DNA of 53,966 nt from Phycisphaerae bacterium (lineage in GTDB: Bacteria; Planctomycetota; Phycisphaerae; WQYP01): assembly GCA_037139555.1 (NCBI GenBank), contig JBAXGE010000001.1, forward strand, positions 1 through 53,966, read 5' to 3'. The notes below the pieces were generated by a model, which saw nothing but the letters and a program-made list of their open reading frames with translations, did no database searches and was not told the DNA's origin. This document shows, piece by piece, positions 15,456 through 24,732 of this stretch (position 1 is the first letter of the stretch; the number at the start of each line of letters is the position of its first letter). Both the position numbers and the translations under genes were made by a program.

Positions 15456-16754
15456 ATGAGTAACGTACACCCAATTCAACCTGCCCTGCACCCAATTCGC
15501 AAGACCATACGCGTGCCGGGATCGAAGTCTATTACGAATCGCGCCCTGATTTTCGCGGCGTTGGCGCGGGGGGAAAGCCAGCTCGACAATGTGTTATGGG
15601 CCGATGATACACTCCGTATGATCGAAGCCCTGCGACAGTTGGGCTTTACCCTCCAGCACGACCGCGCCGCCCAGCGGGTCATCATCACTGGTCAGGGTGG
15701 CCTGGTGACGCCCAAATCCGCCACACTTTATTGCGGGAACTCGGGCACAACCATACGCTTTCTGACCGCTATGTTGACCTTGGCCGAAGGTGAATTCACA
15801 TTGGATGGCAATCCCCGTATGCGGCAACGACCAATTACCCAATTGGTTGACGCCATACGCGTGCTGGGGTGTGCGGTAACGTATAGCCAGAACGAGGGTT
15901 ACCCCCCCATCGTGGTCAACGCCCGGAGCCATCTGGCGGGATCGTGTGCGATTTCGGATGCCCAGAGCAGTCAATATATATCCGCACTGATGATGGCCGC
16001 AGGTGCTGGGCACCAGTCAGTAACCATCCAGCAGTCAGGTGCGTCAACCAGCGAGCCTTATGTTCAAATGACCGCAGCAATGATGCGGCAATTCGGCGGC
16101 CCGCAGACCGGTTTTATAACCCACCCCACAGGTCGCGAGATCACCATCCCACCCGCCAACGGTTATCAGGGCAGAAACTACCTGATTGAGCCGGATGCTA
16201 GTAATGCCAGTTATTTTCTGGCGGCGGCGGCGCTCGTACCGGGAAGTGCGGTAACCATCGCGAACCTGGGCAAGCCCTCACTACAAGGCGATATTGCTGT
16301 GGCCGAGGTCTTGCATGCCATGGGCGCCGGGCTGACCTTTGGTTCCGACTTCGTTACGATCTCGTATGGTGCGGAACTTCGCGCCATTGAAATGGACATG
16401 AACCATATTCCAGACATGGTGCAAACCATCGGGGTGGTGGCACTGTTCGCACGGGGAACCACTTTGCTGACGAACATAGGAAATTTACGCATAAAAGAAA
16501 CAGACCGTCTGCTGGCGTTAGAAACCGAATTGCGTAAATTTGGTGCCGAAGTCACCACCGGACCGGACTGGATACGCATCACGCCACCGGCTGATCCCGT
16601 TCCTGCGCAGGTGGCTACCTATGATGACCACCGCATGGCCATGGCTTTTGCTGTTGCTGGGCTACGTGTTGCGGGAACGCAGATACTCGACCCACAATGC
16701 TGTGAGAAGACGTATCCGGAGTTCTTCCAGACGTGGGATGCGTTAAACAGCTAA
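15456..16754 (+). CDS. aroA: 3-phosphoshikimate 1-carboxyvinyltransferase (EPSP synthase)
   Basis: 432 aa from ATG 15456. VPGSKSITNRALIFAALARGES, later LRIKETDRL and DHRMAMAFAVAG. The 50 codons upstream in the track ORF have no family counterpart. Confidence 0.9.
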   Translation: MSNVHPIQPALHPIRKTIRVPGSKSITNRALIFAALARGESQLDNVLWADDTLRMIEALRQLGFTLQHDRAAQRVIITGQGGLVTPKSATLYCGNSGTTIRFLTAMLTLAEGEFTLDGNPRMRQRPITQLVDAIRVLGCAVTYSQNEGYPPIVVNARSHLAGSCAISDAQSSQYISALMMAAGAGHQSVTIQQSGASTSEPYVQMTAAMMRQFGGPQTGFITHPTGREITIPPANGYQGRNYLIEPDASNASYFLAAAALVPGSAVTIANLGKPSLQGDIAVAEVLHAMGAGLTFGSDFVTISYGAELRAIEMDMNHIPDMVQTIGVVALFARGTTLLTNIGNLRIKETDRLLALETELRKFGAEVTTGPDWIRITPPADPVPAQVATYDDHRMAMAFAVAGLRVAGTQILDPQCCEKTYPEFFQTWDALNS

Positions 16755-16768
16755 TCAAACCAGCCGAG

Positions 16769-17065
16769 TCAGGCGACGACGGCGTGAGATTGATCCTGAT
16801 TTTGCATCTGCTGGTAATGCCGTTGGCGCGGGGTCGGCATAGCCATGGACGGTGGATCAAGGCGTTTCACCTGAGCGGCTTTGAGTCCCTTGTCGCTTTC
16901 GATGAGTTCAAACTCCACAGTTTCGCCATCCACCAGCGTGCGATAGCTGTCGGAAATGATTTCCGAGTGATGGACGAAGATGTCCGGCCCGCCCTCCTGT
17001 GCGGTGAGGAAACCAAATCCCTTTTGATCGTTGAACCACTTCACGGTACCTAGAACGGTTGCCAT
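16769..17065 (-). CDS. Cold-shock domain protein (CspA family) with a roughly 30-aa C-terminal extension
   Basis: GTVKWFNDQKGFGFL (RNP1) and DIFVHHSEI (RNP2). The cold-shock domain ends near ...AAQVKRL and is followed by DPPSMAMPTPRQRHYQQMQNQDQSHAVVA. Confidence 0.9.
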   Translation of the reverse strand: MATVLGTVKWFNDQKGFGFLTAQEGGPDIFVHHSEIISDSYRTLVDGETVEFELIESDKGLKAAQVKRLDPPSMAMPTPRQRHYQQMQNQDQSHAVVA

Positions 17066-17162
17066 ACATCAGCCCTCTCAAAATAGAGACAACACTGGCG
17101 TGCGTGACGGATGTAAGATTTGATAATTGCCGTACGCAACTAAGACTTGTCCAGTGGTGTCC

Positions 17163-17191
17163 ATTATGCGCAGCACGAGAGGCGGAGTCAA
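17163..17191 (-). promoter_or_regulatory. Putative sigma70-type promoter of the csp gene
   Basis: Minus strand reads TTGACT (17191-17186), a 17-nt spacer, then CATAAT (17168-17163). This predicts a 5' UTR of roughly 90 nt. Confidence 0.45.
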
Positions 17192-17241
17192 GAACATTTT
17201 CCTGCAACATTCAGTTTTTTTGCGACACAAGCCCTTATTTT

Positions 17242-19476
17242 CTACGGTTGTGTATTGGCAACCGGCTGGGTGGCTGGTTGAGTGGCGGCTGTGGCTTTGG
17301 CCTCGCTATCCTTTAACCATGCCGATTTTGGGAAGGTCATGGGTACGATACGCTCAATCCAGCCGTAATTCCATGCCGCCCAGCCCAAACCAACAAGGAC
17401 CAACACGCCCAGGATTTTCCAACGCAGGGTCTTCTTCTCGGCAAAGGGATCAAACAAATCACGCTGCGCGCCGGGGGGTAACTTGGCCACTGCGGTCAGC
17501 GAGGTTCCAAAAGGAATATTGATGCGGGCGCGGGCGTTGATTGCCCAGCCATTGGCGTCGAGGATCGGTCCCAGATTGCGCTGACGCAGTTTCAACCACG
17601 CAATCAGCATGGACGGGCCAGAGATAAGCAGGAGCAAGGTCACCAAGCCCACAGGCATCCATACGCCCAGACTGAAAAAGGCCTGCATGATGACCCCGAA
17701 AGCCGCAGTAAGTCCCCCCACCGCCACACCCAAAGCCGCCACGACGCCAATATCAATCTTGGGCTTCTGGGCCGGGGCTTGGCCGGTCTTGGCGGCCTGC
17801 TCGGTGGCCAAAGCAGCTCCGGTGAGTTTATCCGTCGAAGCCGCGTCCGCGGCGGCCGCGCGCTTGGCAATCTGATCCTGAATCCAGCGGATCAGTTTTT
17901 TATAAGGCGACCAGAAGGCCTGACGGATGCTAATCGGGGCCTCCACCAGTTTGGTGACGGTTGCATCCCAATCATGGCCTTTGCGGTCATAAAAAATCCC
18001 ATTACGCCCGACCATCAAATTATCGCTGTCGCCGGCGGTCATACCGGCAGCGATGGTCATTTTCTCATTGGTCGCCTTGCGGACCAGATCGCAATACACC
18101 AGATAGGTGTTACTCAAATGCGCCATAGTGCCATGTTTGGTGGCGTCCTCAACGCGAATACACAAGTCGCTGCTGCGTTGATCCAGATACAAGCGTCCCG
18201 CCTGAAATACCGCGCGTTCCTTGCGGGCATAGAAGAAGCGGAAATTGACATAATTGTTGAGCAACGGGTACAGATCGCGATGCAAACGCACCAGTTTATC
18301 CACCTTGGCGATGGTGCTGGCTTCGGGTTCCAAAGCCTGATCCTGCGCAATTAAAGCTTTAATCTGCGTGTGAATGGATTCATCCAGCAATTCCGCCACG
18401 CGTGGAGCGCCCAATTTTTCGACCGTCAGATTGGGCCGACGACTCTGCCAGGCCGCATACGGGGTGAAGGCTGCGGATACTTGTTGCCACTGGGGTAAGG
18501 TTAGCTGGGTGATTTTGCCCAACAGGGGCTCGAGGACCTGCTGTTGGAGTTGCCCCAACACAACAGCCCAAGCGGGATTGAGCCCGGCATCCAAAGGTAA
18601 AACCAGGTCTGTGCCAATCTTGGCTAAGGGAAATTCAGCGACTTCCTGCATTCCCTGAGTCAAGACTTTTGCGGAAATGGCGGCAAATTCCCCTTCACTG
18701 CGATTCAAGGAGGCTAGTGACCGTGAATCGAAGGCGGCCAATCTGACCCGGGCAAAATAGTCATCCACCTTGGCGCGTACCTGGTTGAATACTTGATAGG
18801 CAGATTCGGTCTGGGCGGCCAAGGGAAGGATTTGGGCCGGCTGGGACTGGGCCTCAGAACTCCACGCCAACCATAGGGTGGCATCCGCTAGAAATTGTTC
18901 CAGCAAGGCCTGATTCAACCCGGGCTTGCCACTGCGATCCAGCTGGGAACCAACGCAATTTATAACGTCAAGCATGGCGGCTTGGAGGATCGGATCATCG
19001 GTACTTTCCGGAGGCACAATGCCATCGCCGTTGAAGCGGGTCTGGGCAAAGATTTTGACCGTGTCGGCGGTATCTTCACAGGAGATTACCGTTTCGGTCT
19101 TGCCCAAATTAGCGAGGATTTGCCGGGCAGAGGCGGCGATTTGCTGCCCCTCGGGCGTGCTGTCGTTAATATTATCCAGGGGCAGGTGGGATTCGGCTTT
19201 GAGTAACGCGTCGGCATCGCGTAAAAGGCTGGTCACCCAAGTAGCCGCCGCAATGATTTCCGGAGCGCGAATTCGGCCATCATTATCCGAATCAATCAGC
19301 TTGAGCGTGGTGGTATCGAATTCCAACCCATGGACCGGACAACTCAGAGCCACCCAGAGTTTGGGATCGAGTTCGCCCAAATGGGCAATATCCTGACCCG
19401 ATTGGAGCAGAACCTGGTCAAAACCACCGGCCCGGAAGAACTTCCATGGATATTTTTTTTTAGTTTGGGCGGTCAT
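17242..19476 (-). CDS. Large hypothetical protein with a canonical EF-hand Ca2+-binding loop near the N-terminus and three C-terminal TM helices
   Basis: 744 aa from ATG 19476, with AAGGAG 6 nt upstream that overlaps the TAA of the preceding gene. The track start at 19509 is GTG. EF-hand loop DSDNDGRIRAPE (DxDxDGxIxxxE). C-terminal TMs are IGVVAALGVAVGGLTAAFGVI, VWMPVGLVTLLLLISGPSMLIAWL and WKILGVLVLVGLGWAAW. Confidence 0.7.
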   Translation of the reverse strand: MTAQTKKKYPWKFFRAGGFDQVLLQSGQDIAHLGELDPKLWVALSCPVHGLEFDTTTLKLIDSDNDGRIRAPEIIAAATWVTSLLRDADALLKAESHLPLDNINDSTPEGQQIAASARQILANLGKTETVISCEDTADTVKIFAQTRFNGDGIVPPESTDDPILQAAMLDVINCVGSQLDRSGKPGLNQALLEQFLADATLWLAWSSEAQSQPAQILPLAAQTESAYQVFNQVRAKVDDYFARVRLAAFDSRSLASLNRSEGEFAAISAKVLTQGMQEVAEFPLAKIGTDLVLPLDAGLNPAWAVVLGQLQQQVLEPLLGKITQLTLPQWQQVSAAFTPYAAWQSRRPNLTVEKLGAPRVAELLDESIHTQIKALIAQDQALEPEASTIAKVDKLVRLHRDLYPLLNNYVNFRFFYARKERAVFQAGRLYLDQRSSDLCIRVEDATKHGTMAHLSNTYLVYCDLVRKATNEKMTIAAGMTAGDSDNLMVGRNGIFYDRKGHDWDATVTKLVEAPISIRQAFWSPYKKLIRWIQDQIAKRAAAADAASTDKLTGAALATEQAAKTGQAPAQKPKIDIGVVAALGVAVGGLTAAFGVIMQAFFSLGVWMPVGLVTLLLLISGPSMLIAWLKLRQRNLGPILDANGWAINARARINIPFGTSLTAVAKLPPGAQRDLFDPFAEKKTLRWKILGVLVLVGLGWAAWNYGWIERIVPMTFPKSAWLKDSEAKATAATQPATQPVANTQP

Positions 19477-19486
19477 TGGTGTCTCC

Positions 19487-20365
19487 TTAGACTGATTTAT
19501 TCGGGGCACGCAGAATTATACCCACTTTGTTCAAGGCGGTAATAATCCCCTCCTGATGGGGATGTAAAGCCAGTGAATTCAGGTAGGCCGCACGGGCCTG
19601 CAGCCAATCGTGCTGACCCACATAGCAGTTGCCCATGGTACCCCAGGCACCAAAATGGTCCGGCAACAAGGCCAACGCGGCCCGACAATCGGCCAGCGCC
19701 GGGGAGTAATCATCCAGCAGATATTTCGCCATGGCCCGTTGGTGGTAGGCTTCAATAAAATTGGGGTCATCCTGGAGGGCGGCATCAAAGCACTGGATGG
19801 CTTGGGCCAAGTCTCCCTGTTCCAGTAAATCCACGCCTTTAAGTACCTGACTGGGGGCGGTGCCCTGGCCCAAGCTGAATAGCAAGGTCCACCATGCGTG
19901 TTCGGCCATTTGCACAACCACAGGGTCCGCGTCCCGGAGACCTTGGGCCAGGCCGGGCAAGGCCCGTAGGTCCTGCATGTGCCCCAAAATCAGCAGCACC
20001 ACCTTACGAACGTCCACCGTCTCATGCTGGAGCAGAGGCAGTATTTCATCCAGCGTCCAAAGCTTACGGGCTTGGTCCAAAGCCTGCCCCAAACGTCCTT
20101 CCGCCAAAGCGGGACACATTACGCTGAGCACTTCAGAAGCCGAGACTACGAGCGGCTTTTGATCCATATAGAGGTGGTCTACCATGCAATTTGTTGATAC
20201 GATTAGGGCCAATGAAAGAACCAGTAAGGTGACTCGACGCCACGTTTCTTTGTGGCAATAGTAGGCCGTCACAGTTGCGAGGGCAAAAAACCTCACCAAG
20301 CGGCCCCGTTTCGTTATAATAGCCCGCCAAAGGAGCCCATGAATGATGTCGGCACGCAAAATCAC
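19487..20365 (-). CDS. HEAT-repeat plus TPR-repeat protein (start uncertain)
   Basis: HEAT-like VRKVVLLILGHMQDLRALPGLAQGLRDADPVVV. TPRs are DLAQAIQCFDAALQDDPNFIEAYHQRA..., YSPALADCRAALALLPDHFGAW..., and WLQARAAYLNSLALHP. The track start (GTG 20365) would overlap the divergent lipoprotein gene. Alternatives are GTG 20296 or ATG 20185/20167. Confidence 0.6.
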   Translation of the reverse strand: MILRADIIHGLLWRAIITKRGRLVRFFALATVTAYYCHKETWRRVTLLVLSLALIVSTNCMVDHLYMDQKPLVVSASEVLSVMCPALAEGRLGQALDQARKLWTLDEILPLLQHETVDVRKVVLLILGHMQDLRALPGLAQGLRDADPVVVQMAEHAWWTLLFSLGQGTAPSQVLKGVDLLEQGDLAQAIQCFDAALQDDPNFIEAYHQRAMAKYLLDDYSPALADCRAALALLPDHFGAWGTMGNCYVGQHDWLQARAAYLNSLALHPHQEGIITALNKVGIILRAPNKSV

Positions 20366-20561
20366 ACTGGGAATGGTCAGTTTGGGATTATTCGTTCTGG
20401 TTTTGGGGGCGTGTAGATCCAGCCCGTTTAATGGGGAAGACCCAACCCTGACCCGTCGTAATCAGTACTTCGATGGTACCATGGTCCAGAAGGAACGGGA
20501 AAATCGGCGGAATAGTACCGAGACCGGTTTTGGATACCCCTCGGGGCCGGGACAACAATAA
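20343..20561 (+). CDS. Small putative lipoprotein
   Basis: 72 aa. AAGGAG lies 8 nt upstream and TATAAT at 20315-20320. Signal MMSARKITLGMVSLGLFVLVLGAC has a lipobox-like LGAC. Confidence 0.5.
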   Translation: MMSARKITLGMVSLGLFVLVLGACRSSPFNGEDPTLTRRNQYFDGTMVQKERENRRNSTETGFGYPSGPGQQ

Positions 20562-20648
20562 TCCCAAATACGCAGTCGTGAAGGACTTGCGAGGCGGCTT
20601 GCGCAAGGTTAATCTACCTGTATTCCAGTTCGTCCGGAGTAAAAAGCT

Positions 20649-21296
20649 ATGAAGATGCGTCAATTTATCGGTTCTTCCGCCCGGCTCGGTGTGGCTCTGA
20701 CTTTGGCCACCGTGGCGGCGGGTTTGGGTCTGTACACGGCCAGTTTACAGGCCGCCCCCACCCCATCGCTGGTGCCCATCGCGTGGGAGCTCAAAATCAA
20801 GTATCACCTGCCGGAGCGTGTCGAAGTAACGCTGCCGGGTGAAACGACCCCCAAGACCTTCTGGTACATCCGTTACACAGTGACCAATGACACCGGACGG
20901 GAAATTTTGTTTGTACCGGAATTCCAGATGATCACCGACACCGGCCAAATCTTGGAAGGCAACCGCAAGATCGCACCGGAAGTGTTCACCAAGATCAAGT
21001 CCATCTATAAAGACCCGCTGATGGAAAGCCCGGAAGCGGTTCTGGGCAAGTTGCTGCGGGGCGAAGACAACGCTCGTGACAGTGTGGCGATTTTCTCCGA
21101 TGTGGATACCAACGCGCGTGATATGCGGTTTGTGATTGCGGGCTTCTCGGGCGAGACGGCCGAAGTCATCAATCCGGTCACCAACGAAAAAGTCTTGCTC
21201 AAGAAATCGCTGGTCCTCGACTTTGAACTGGCTGGCCAAGCACTTGGGGTGGCGCCGGAACCGAAGTTCAAGAGTGCCAAGTGGGTGATGAAGTAA
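20649..21296 (+). CDS. Hypothetical secreted protein
   Basis: 215 aa. GGAG upstream, signal peptide ...LATVAAGLGLYTASLQA/AP. It is followed by a strong intrinsic terminator. No family recognised. Confidence 0.6.
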   Translation: MKMRQFIGSSARLGVALTLATVAAGLGLYTASLQAAPTPSLVPIAWELKIKYHLPERVEVTLPGETTPKTFWYIRYTVTNDTGREILFVPEFQMITDTGQILEGNRKIAPEVFTKIKSIYKDPLMESPEAVLGKLLRGEDNARDSVAIFSDVDTNARDMRFVIAGFSGETAEVINPVTNEKVLLKKSLVLDFELAGQALGVAPEPKFKSAKWVMK

Positions 21297-21326
21297 ACCC
21301 GTGGGTAAAGGTCAAGTAAACCACGA

Positions 21327-21348
21327 CCCCCGCTCGCGGGGGTTTTTT
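21327..21348 (+). terminator. Rho-independent terminator
   Basis: CCCCCG-CTCG-CGGGGG followed by TTTTTT, 30 nt after the 20649-21296 stop. Confidence 0.8.
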
Positions 21349-21379
21349 ATTGCCCGTAGCGGGCCAGGAACGACCAATC

Positions 21380-23695
21380 ATGCAGGCGATCTCTGTGCAA
21401 TGGATGGATCGGGTACGTACGCCGGGGCTTTGGATCGGACTACCGGGACAAAACAAGGCAACCAGCCAATGTTTATGTTTCGCACGCAGTCTGACACCCC
21501 CGGGTGGCGCGGTATCGGCCACGATCTATATCAGTGCCGACAACAAGTACCAACTCTGGCGACAAACCGGGAATGATCTGGTGCGGTTGGGGCGCGGTCC
21601 CGCGCGCGCCCATCCGCACCACCAGAATGTGCACGAATACCATATCGAAATCGCGCCCATGACCGCTTTGGAACTGTGGGCGCAGGTGTATTGGGTGGCG
21701 GGGCTACCCCATCAAGCGGTGTGTGAAATGCATACACCGACTGCAGGTTTGTGGGTTAACATCGTATTCTTTGATGCTCAGGGTAATGAAATCGAGCGTA
21801 GCGGCACGGATAGCAATTGGCTGGTTTACGATGCCAGTACGGCGTTGCAACCACGGTTGATTGACCAAAAACAAGTTGTGGCGGCGATTATCAATGCCAC
21901 CGAACAACAGGATTTGACAGCCTATCCCAGTGGCTGGTTACGGGAACAACCCACCGGACAAACCCCGTGCTGGGTTGGCGCACAGGTCATCGAAGCCGCG
22001 TATCCCAAGGGGGATCACAAGATCCCCGGTTGGCATCAGGGGCAATGGTGGTTGGTACCCAATGAATTACCGCCCATGGAAGCGCAGCTGGCGCCATTTC
22101 CAACTTGTGCAAAATATCCGTTGGGCGCATGCGTGACGGGCGTAACGCTACCGCTGATCGTCCCGGCGCAGAGTACATGCACCATTATCTTTGATGCTGG
22201 CCGGCAACAGATCGCCTATCCCCGCATCACCTTGGACGGACCCGCCCGGGTGCAGGTTGCCTACGCGGAACGGCTACTTTCTCCAACCGGTGAAAAAGTA
22301 CACACCCTTGCCCCCCATGCGGAATTAAACCACGGCCTGACGGATGAATTTATCACGGGTGCAGGTACGCAAACCATAAGTCCTTTCCATTGGCGATCTT
22401 TCCGTTTCATGGTGGTCACCATCACGGCGGGTTCACATCCCGTAGTCTGGCAGCAGGTGAATTTCGAGGCCACGGGGTATCCCTTTACCCATCAATTCCA
22501 GATCACCTCGGCAGCATTGGCACCGACCCAGCAAGAGTTCCTCACCCGCCTGCAGGAAGTATCCTGGCACACCATCAAGTGTTGCACGTGGGAAACCTTC
22601 ATGGACTGTCCGTACTACGAACAGTTGCAGTATATCGGCGACACCCGGATTCAGGCACTGGTCACCTATACCAATACTCAGCAATACGAATTGGCCAAGC
22701 AGGCCCTGCTGGCCTTTGACCATTCGCGCATTCCCGAGGGGATCACTCAATCCCGTTTCCCCAGTAACCTGCGGCAATTGATTCCCACATTTTCGCTGAT
22801 CTACATCATGATGTTGCGTGATTATCAACTGTGGACCCGGGATCAGGCCACCATTGACGCGCTGCGCCCCGGCGTGGCGCCGATCTTGAACTGGTTCATG
22901 AATTTCTTCGAACCAGACACGGGGTTGATTGCCAATCCCCCCTACTGGAATTTCGTGGACTGGGTGGAAGGTTGGTCGTATGGTGTTCCGCCGGGGTATG
23001 TCTCGACAGTCATCAATCTCCAATATGTGCAGGCCCTACAGGCCGCCGCGGACTTGTATGAACAATGTAAGGCAGGTTCGGGACAACTGTATCATGCCCG
23101 GGCCAACCAATTACGGCAGCGGATTTTTGACTGCTGCTACGATGCCGAATATGGTCTGCTCTGTGATGTGCCGATCCACGGCCACGGCGCGGTATCCGCC
23201 GCCGGACGTACGTGGTCGCAACATGCCCAGGCGTTGGGAGTCTTAACCGGCACGCTGCAAGGTGATCTGGCCAAGCACGCCATGATTACCACCATGGAAC
23301 AATCCGCGGTTGGCATCACGCTGAGTCCGGCAAGTTTCTACTGGCGTTTTTATATGGCCGAGGCGCTGGCACATTGCCAATTGGGTGAATATTTCTGGGG
23401 TCTGTTGGAGCCCTATCGTGCGGCGCTGGTGCGGGGGAGTACGACCTGGCCGGAATGTTTCGAGCCCACGCGCAGCGAATGCCACGCCTGGGGTAGTTGG
23501 CCATTGTATTTCCTGGCCCATCATGTCTTGGGGATTCAACCGCCGGACGAATTCCACAATCAATCGGAAATAAAACCCTCGCATTGCACGCCGTTGGATC
23601 AGGTGAGTGGGCAGGTGGCCACACCCTACGGGCCGATTGCCATTACGGTAGATTGGACGCAAACGCCGGTGCATAAAACCCAGCATACGGTTTAA
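21380..23695 (+). CDS. GH78-like (alpha-L-rhamnosidase-related) six-hairpin glycosidase family protein
   Basis: 771 aa from ATG 21380; the track TTG start at 21350 lies in the terminator T tract. MDCPYYEQLQYIGDTR resembles the DCP-x2-E-x3-(W/Y)-x-GD motif of the rhamnosidase (alpha/alpha)6 domain. ECFEP..SECHAWGSWPLYFL..HVLGIQP resembles its C-terminal catalytic region. No signal peptide. Confidence 0.6.
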   Translation: MQAISVQWMDRVRTPGLWIGLPGQNKATSQCLCFARSLTPPGGAVSATIYISADNKYQLWRQTGNDLVRLGRGPARAHPHHQNVHEYHIEIAPMTALELWAQVYWVAGLPHQAVCEMHTPTAGLWVNIVFFDAQGNEIERSGTDSNWLVYDASTALQPRLIDQKQVVAAIINATEQQDLTAYPSGWLREQPTGQTPCWVGAQVIEAAYPKGDHKIPGWHQGQWWLVPNELPPMEAQLAPFPTCAKYPLGACVTGVTLPLIVPAQSTCTIIFDAGRQQIAYPRITLDGPARVQVAYAERLLSPTGEKVHTLAPHAELNHGLTDEFITGAGTQTISPFHWRSFRFMVVTITAGSHPVVWQQVNFEATGYPFTHQFQITSAALAPTQQEFLTRLQEVSWHTIKCCTWETFMDCPYYEQLQYIGDTRIQALVTYTNTQQYELAKQALLAFDHSRIPEGITQSRFPSNLRQLIPTFSLIYIMMLRDYQLWTRDQATIDALRPGVAPILNWFMNFFEPDTGLIANPPYWNFVDWVEGWSYGVPPGYVSTVINLQYVQALQAAADLYEQCKAGSGQLYHARANQLRQRIFDCCYDAEYGLLCDVPIHGHGAVSAAGRTWSQHAQALGVLTGTLQGDLAKHAMITTMEQSAVGITLSPASFYWRFYMAEALAHCQLGEYFWGLLEPYRAALVRGSTTWPECFEPTRSECHAWGSWPLYFLAHHVLGIQPPDEFHNQSEIKPSHCTPLDQVSGQVATPYGPIAITVDWTQTPVHKTQHTV

Positions 23696-23697
23696 CG

Positions 23698-24732
23698 TCA
23701 GCGGGTTTCCCAGCACGCGGCCAGATGCTGGGGATCATTCCCCTTGGATTCCAGCGGGGGCAATTCCACGCGGCAGCGCGGTTGGGCATATTTGCAGCGC
23801 GGATGAAACGGACAACCGCCGGGGGGATTGGCAGGTGAGGGGACTTCCCCTTCCAGCATGATGCGCTGGCCGGTCTTGTCGGGATTGGGCTTGGGAACGG
23901 CTGACAAGAGCGCCATGGTGTAGGGATGCTTGGGATCCCGATAGAGCGATTTGGCGAGGGCGATTTCCACGATGCGGCCCAGATACATGACGGCCACACG
24001 GTCGGAGAAATGTTCGACCACAGCGAGATTGTGGGCGATGAACAGATAGCTCAGGCCGAATTCCTGGCGTAAATCTGCCAGCAGATTCAGTACTTGCGCC
24101 TGGATGGAAACGTCCAGCGCAGACACAGGTTCATCGCAGACGATAAATTTGGGGTTCAAGGCCAAAGCACGGGCGATGCCGATCCGCTGCCGTTGGCCAC
24201 CGGAGAATTCGTGCGGATAGCGTCCCGCCGCGGAACGGGGCAGCCCGACCTTATCCAACAATTCCATCACCTTGGGCCGCAGTTCATCCCGGCCTACCAG
24301 GCGGTGCACCAGCAAGGGTTCGCCGACGATGGATTCCACCGTCATCCGCGGATTAAGCGAACCCACGGGGTCCTGAAAGATGATCTGCATGTTGATCCGC
24401 AGGGGGCGCAGGGCCCGCTGACTGAGGGCAAAGATATCCTGCCCATTAAACCGTACCTGACCGCTGATATGAGTTCCGCCGGTGGGTTCGATTAAACGCA
24501 AGATGGTACGGCCCACAGTGGTCTTGCCACAGCCCGATTCGCCCACCAGCCCCAGCGTCTCGCCGGGGGCGATGGTGAAGGAAACGCCTTCGACCGCGCG
24601 GACGTAGCCCACAATGCTGCGGAATACGCCGCGTTTGATGGGGAAATGGGTACGTAAGTCCTGCACATCCAGCAAGGGTTGCTGCGTGATTACCGGGGGA
24701 GCCAGCACGGGATCATGGGCGGTTGGGTTCAT
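23698..24732 (-). CDS. Oligopeptide/dipeptide ABC transporter ATP-binding protein (OppF/DppF-type)
   Basis: Walker [10 protein letters not shown], signature [15 protein letters not shown], Walker [13 protein letters not shown], and a C-terminal oligopeptide-type extension with CPFHPRC. The start overlaps the upstream stop by ATGA. Confidence 0.9.
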   Translation of the reverse strand: MNPTAHDPVLAPPVITQQPLLDVQDLRTHFPIKRGVFRSIVGYVRAVEGVSFTIAPGETLGLVGESGCGKTTVGRTILRLIEPTGGTHISGQVRFNGQDIFALSQRALRPLRINMQIIFQDPVGSLNPRMTVESIVGEPLLVHRLVGRDELRPKVMELLDKVGLPRSAAGRYPHEFSGGQRQRIGIARALALNPKFIVCDEPVSALDVSIQAQVLNLLADLRQEFGLSYLFIAHNLAVVEHFSDRVAVMYLGRIVEIALAKSLYRDPKHPYTMALLSAVPKPNPDKTGQRIMLEGEVPSPANPPGGCPFHPRCKYAQPRCRVELPPLESKGNDPQHLAACWETR

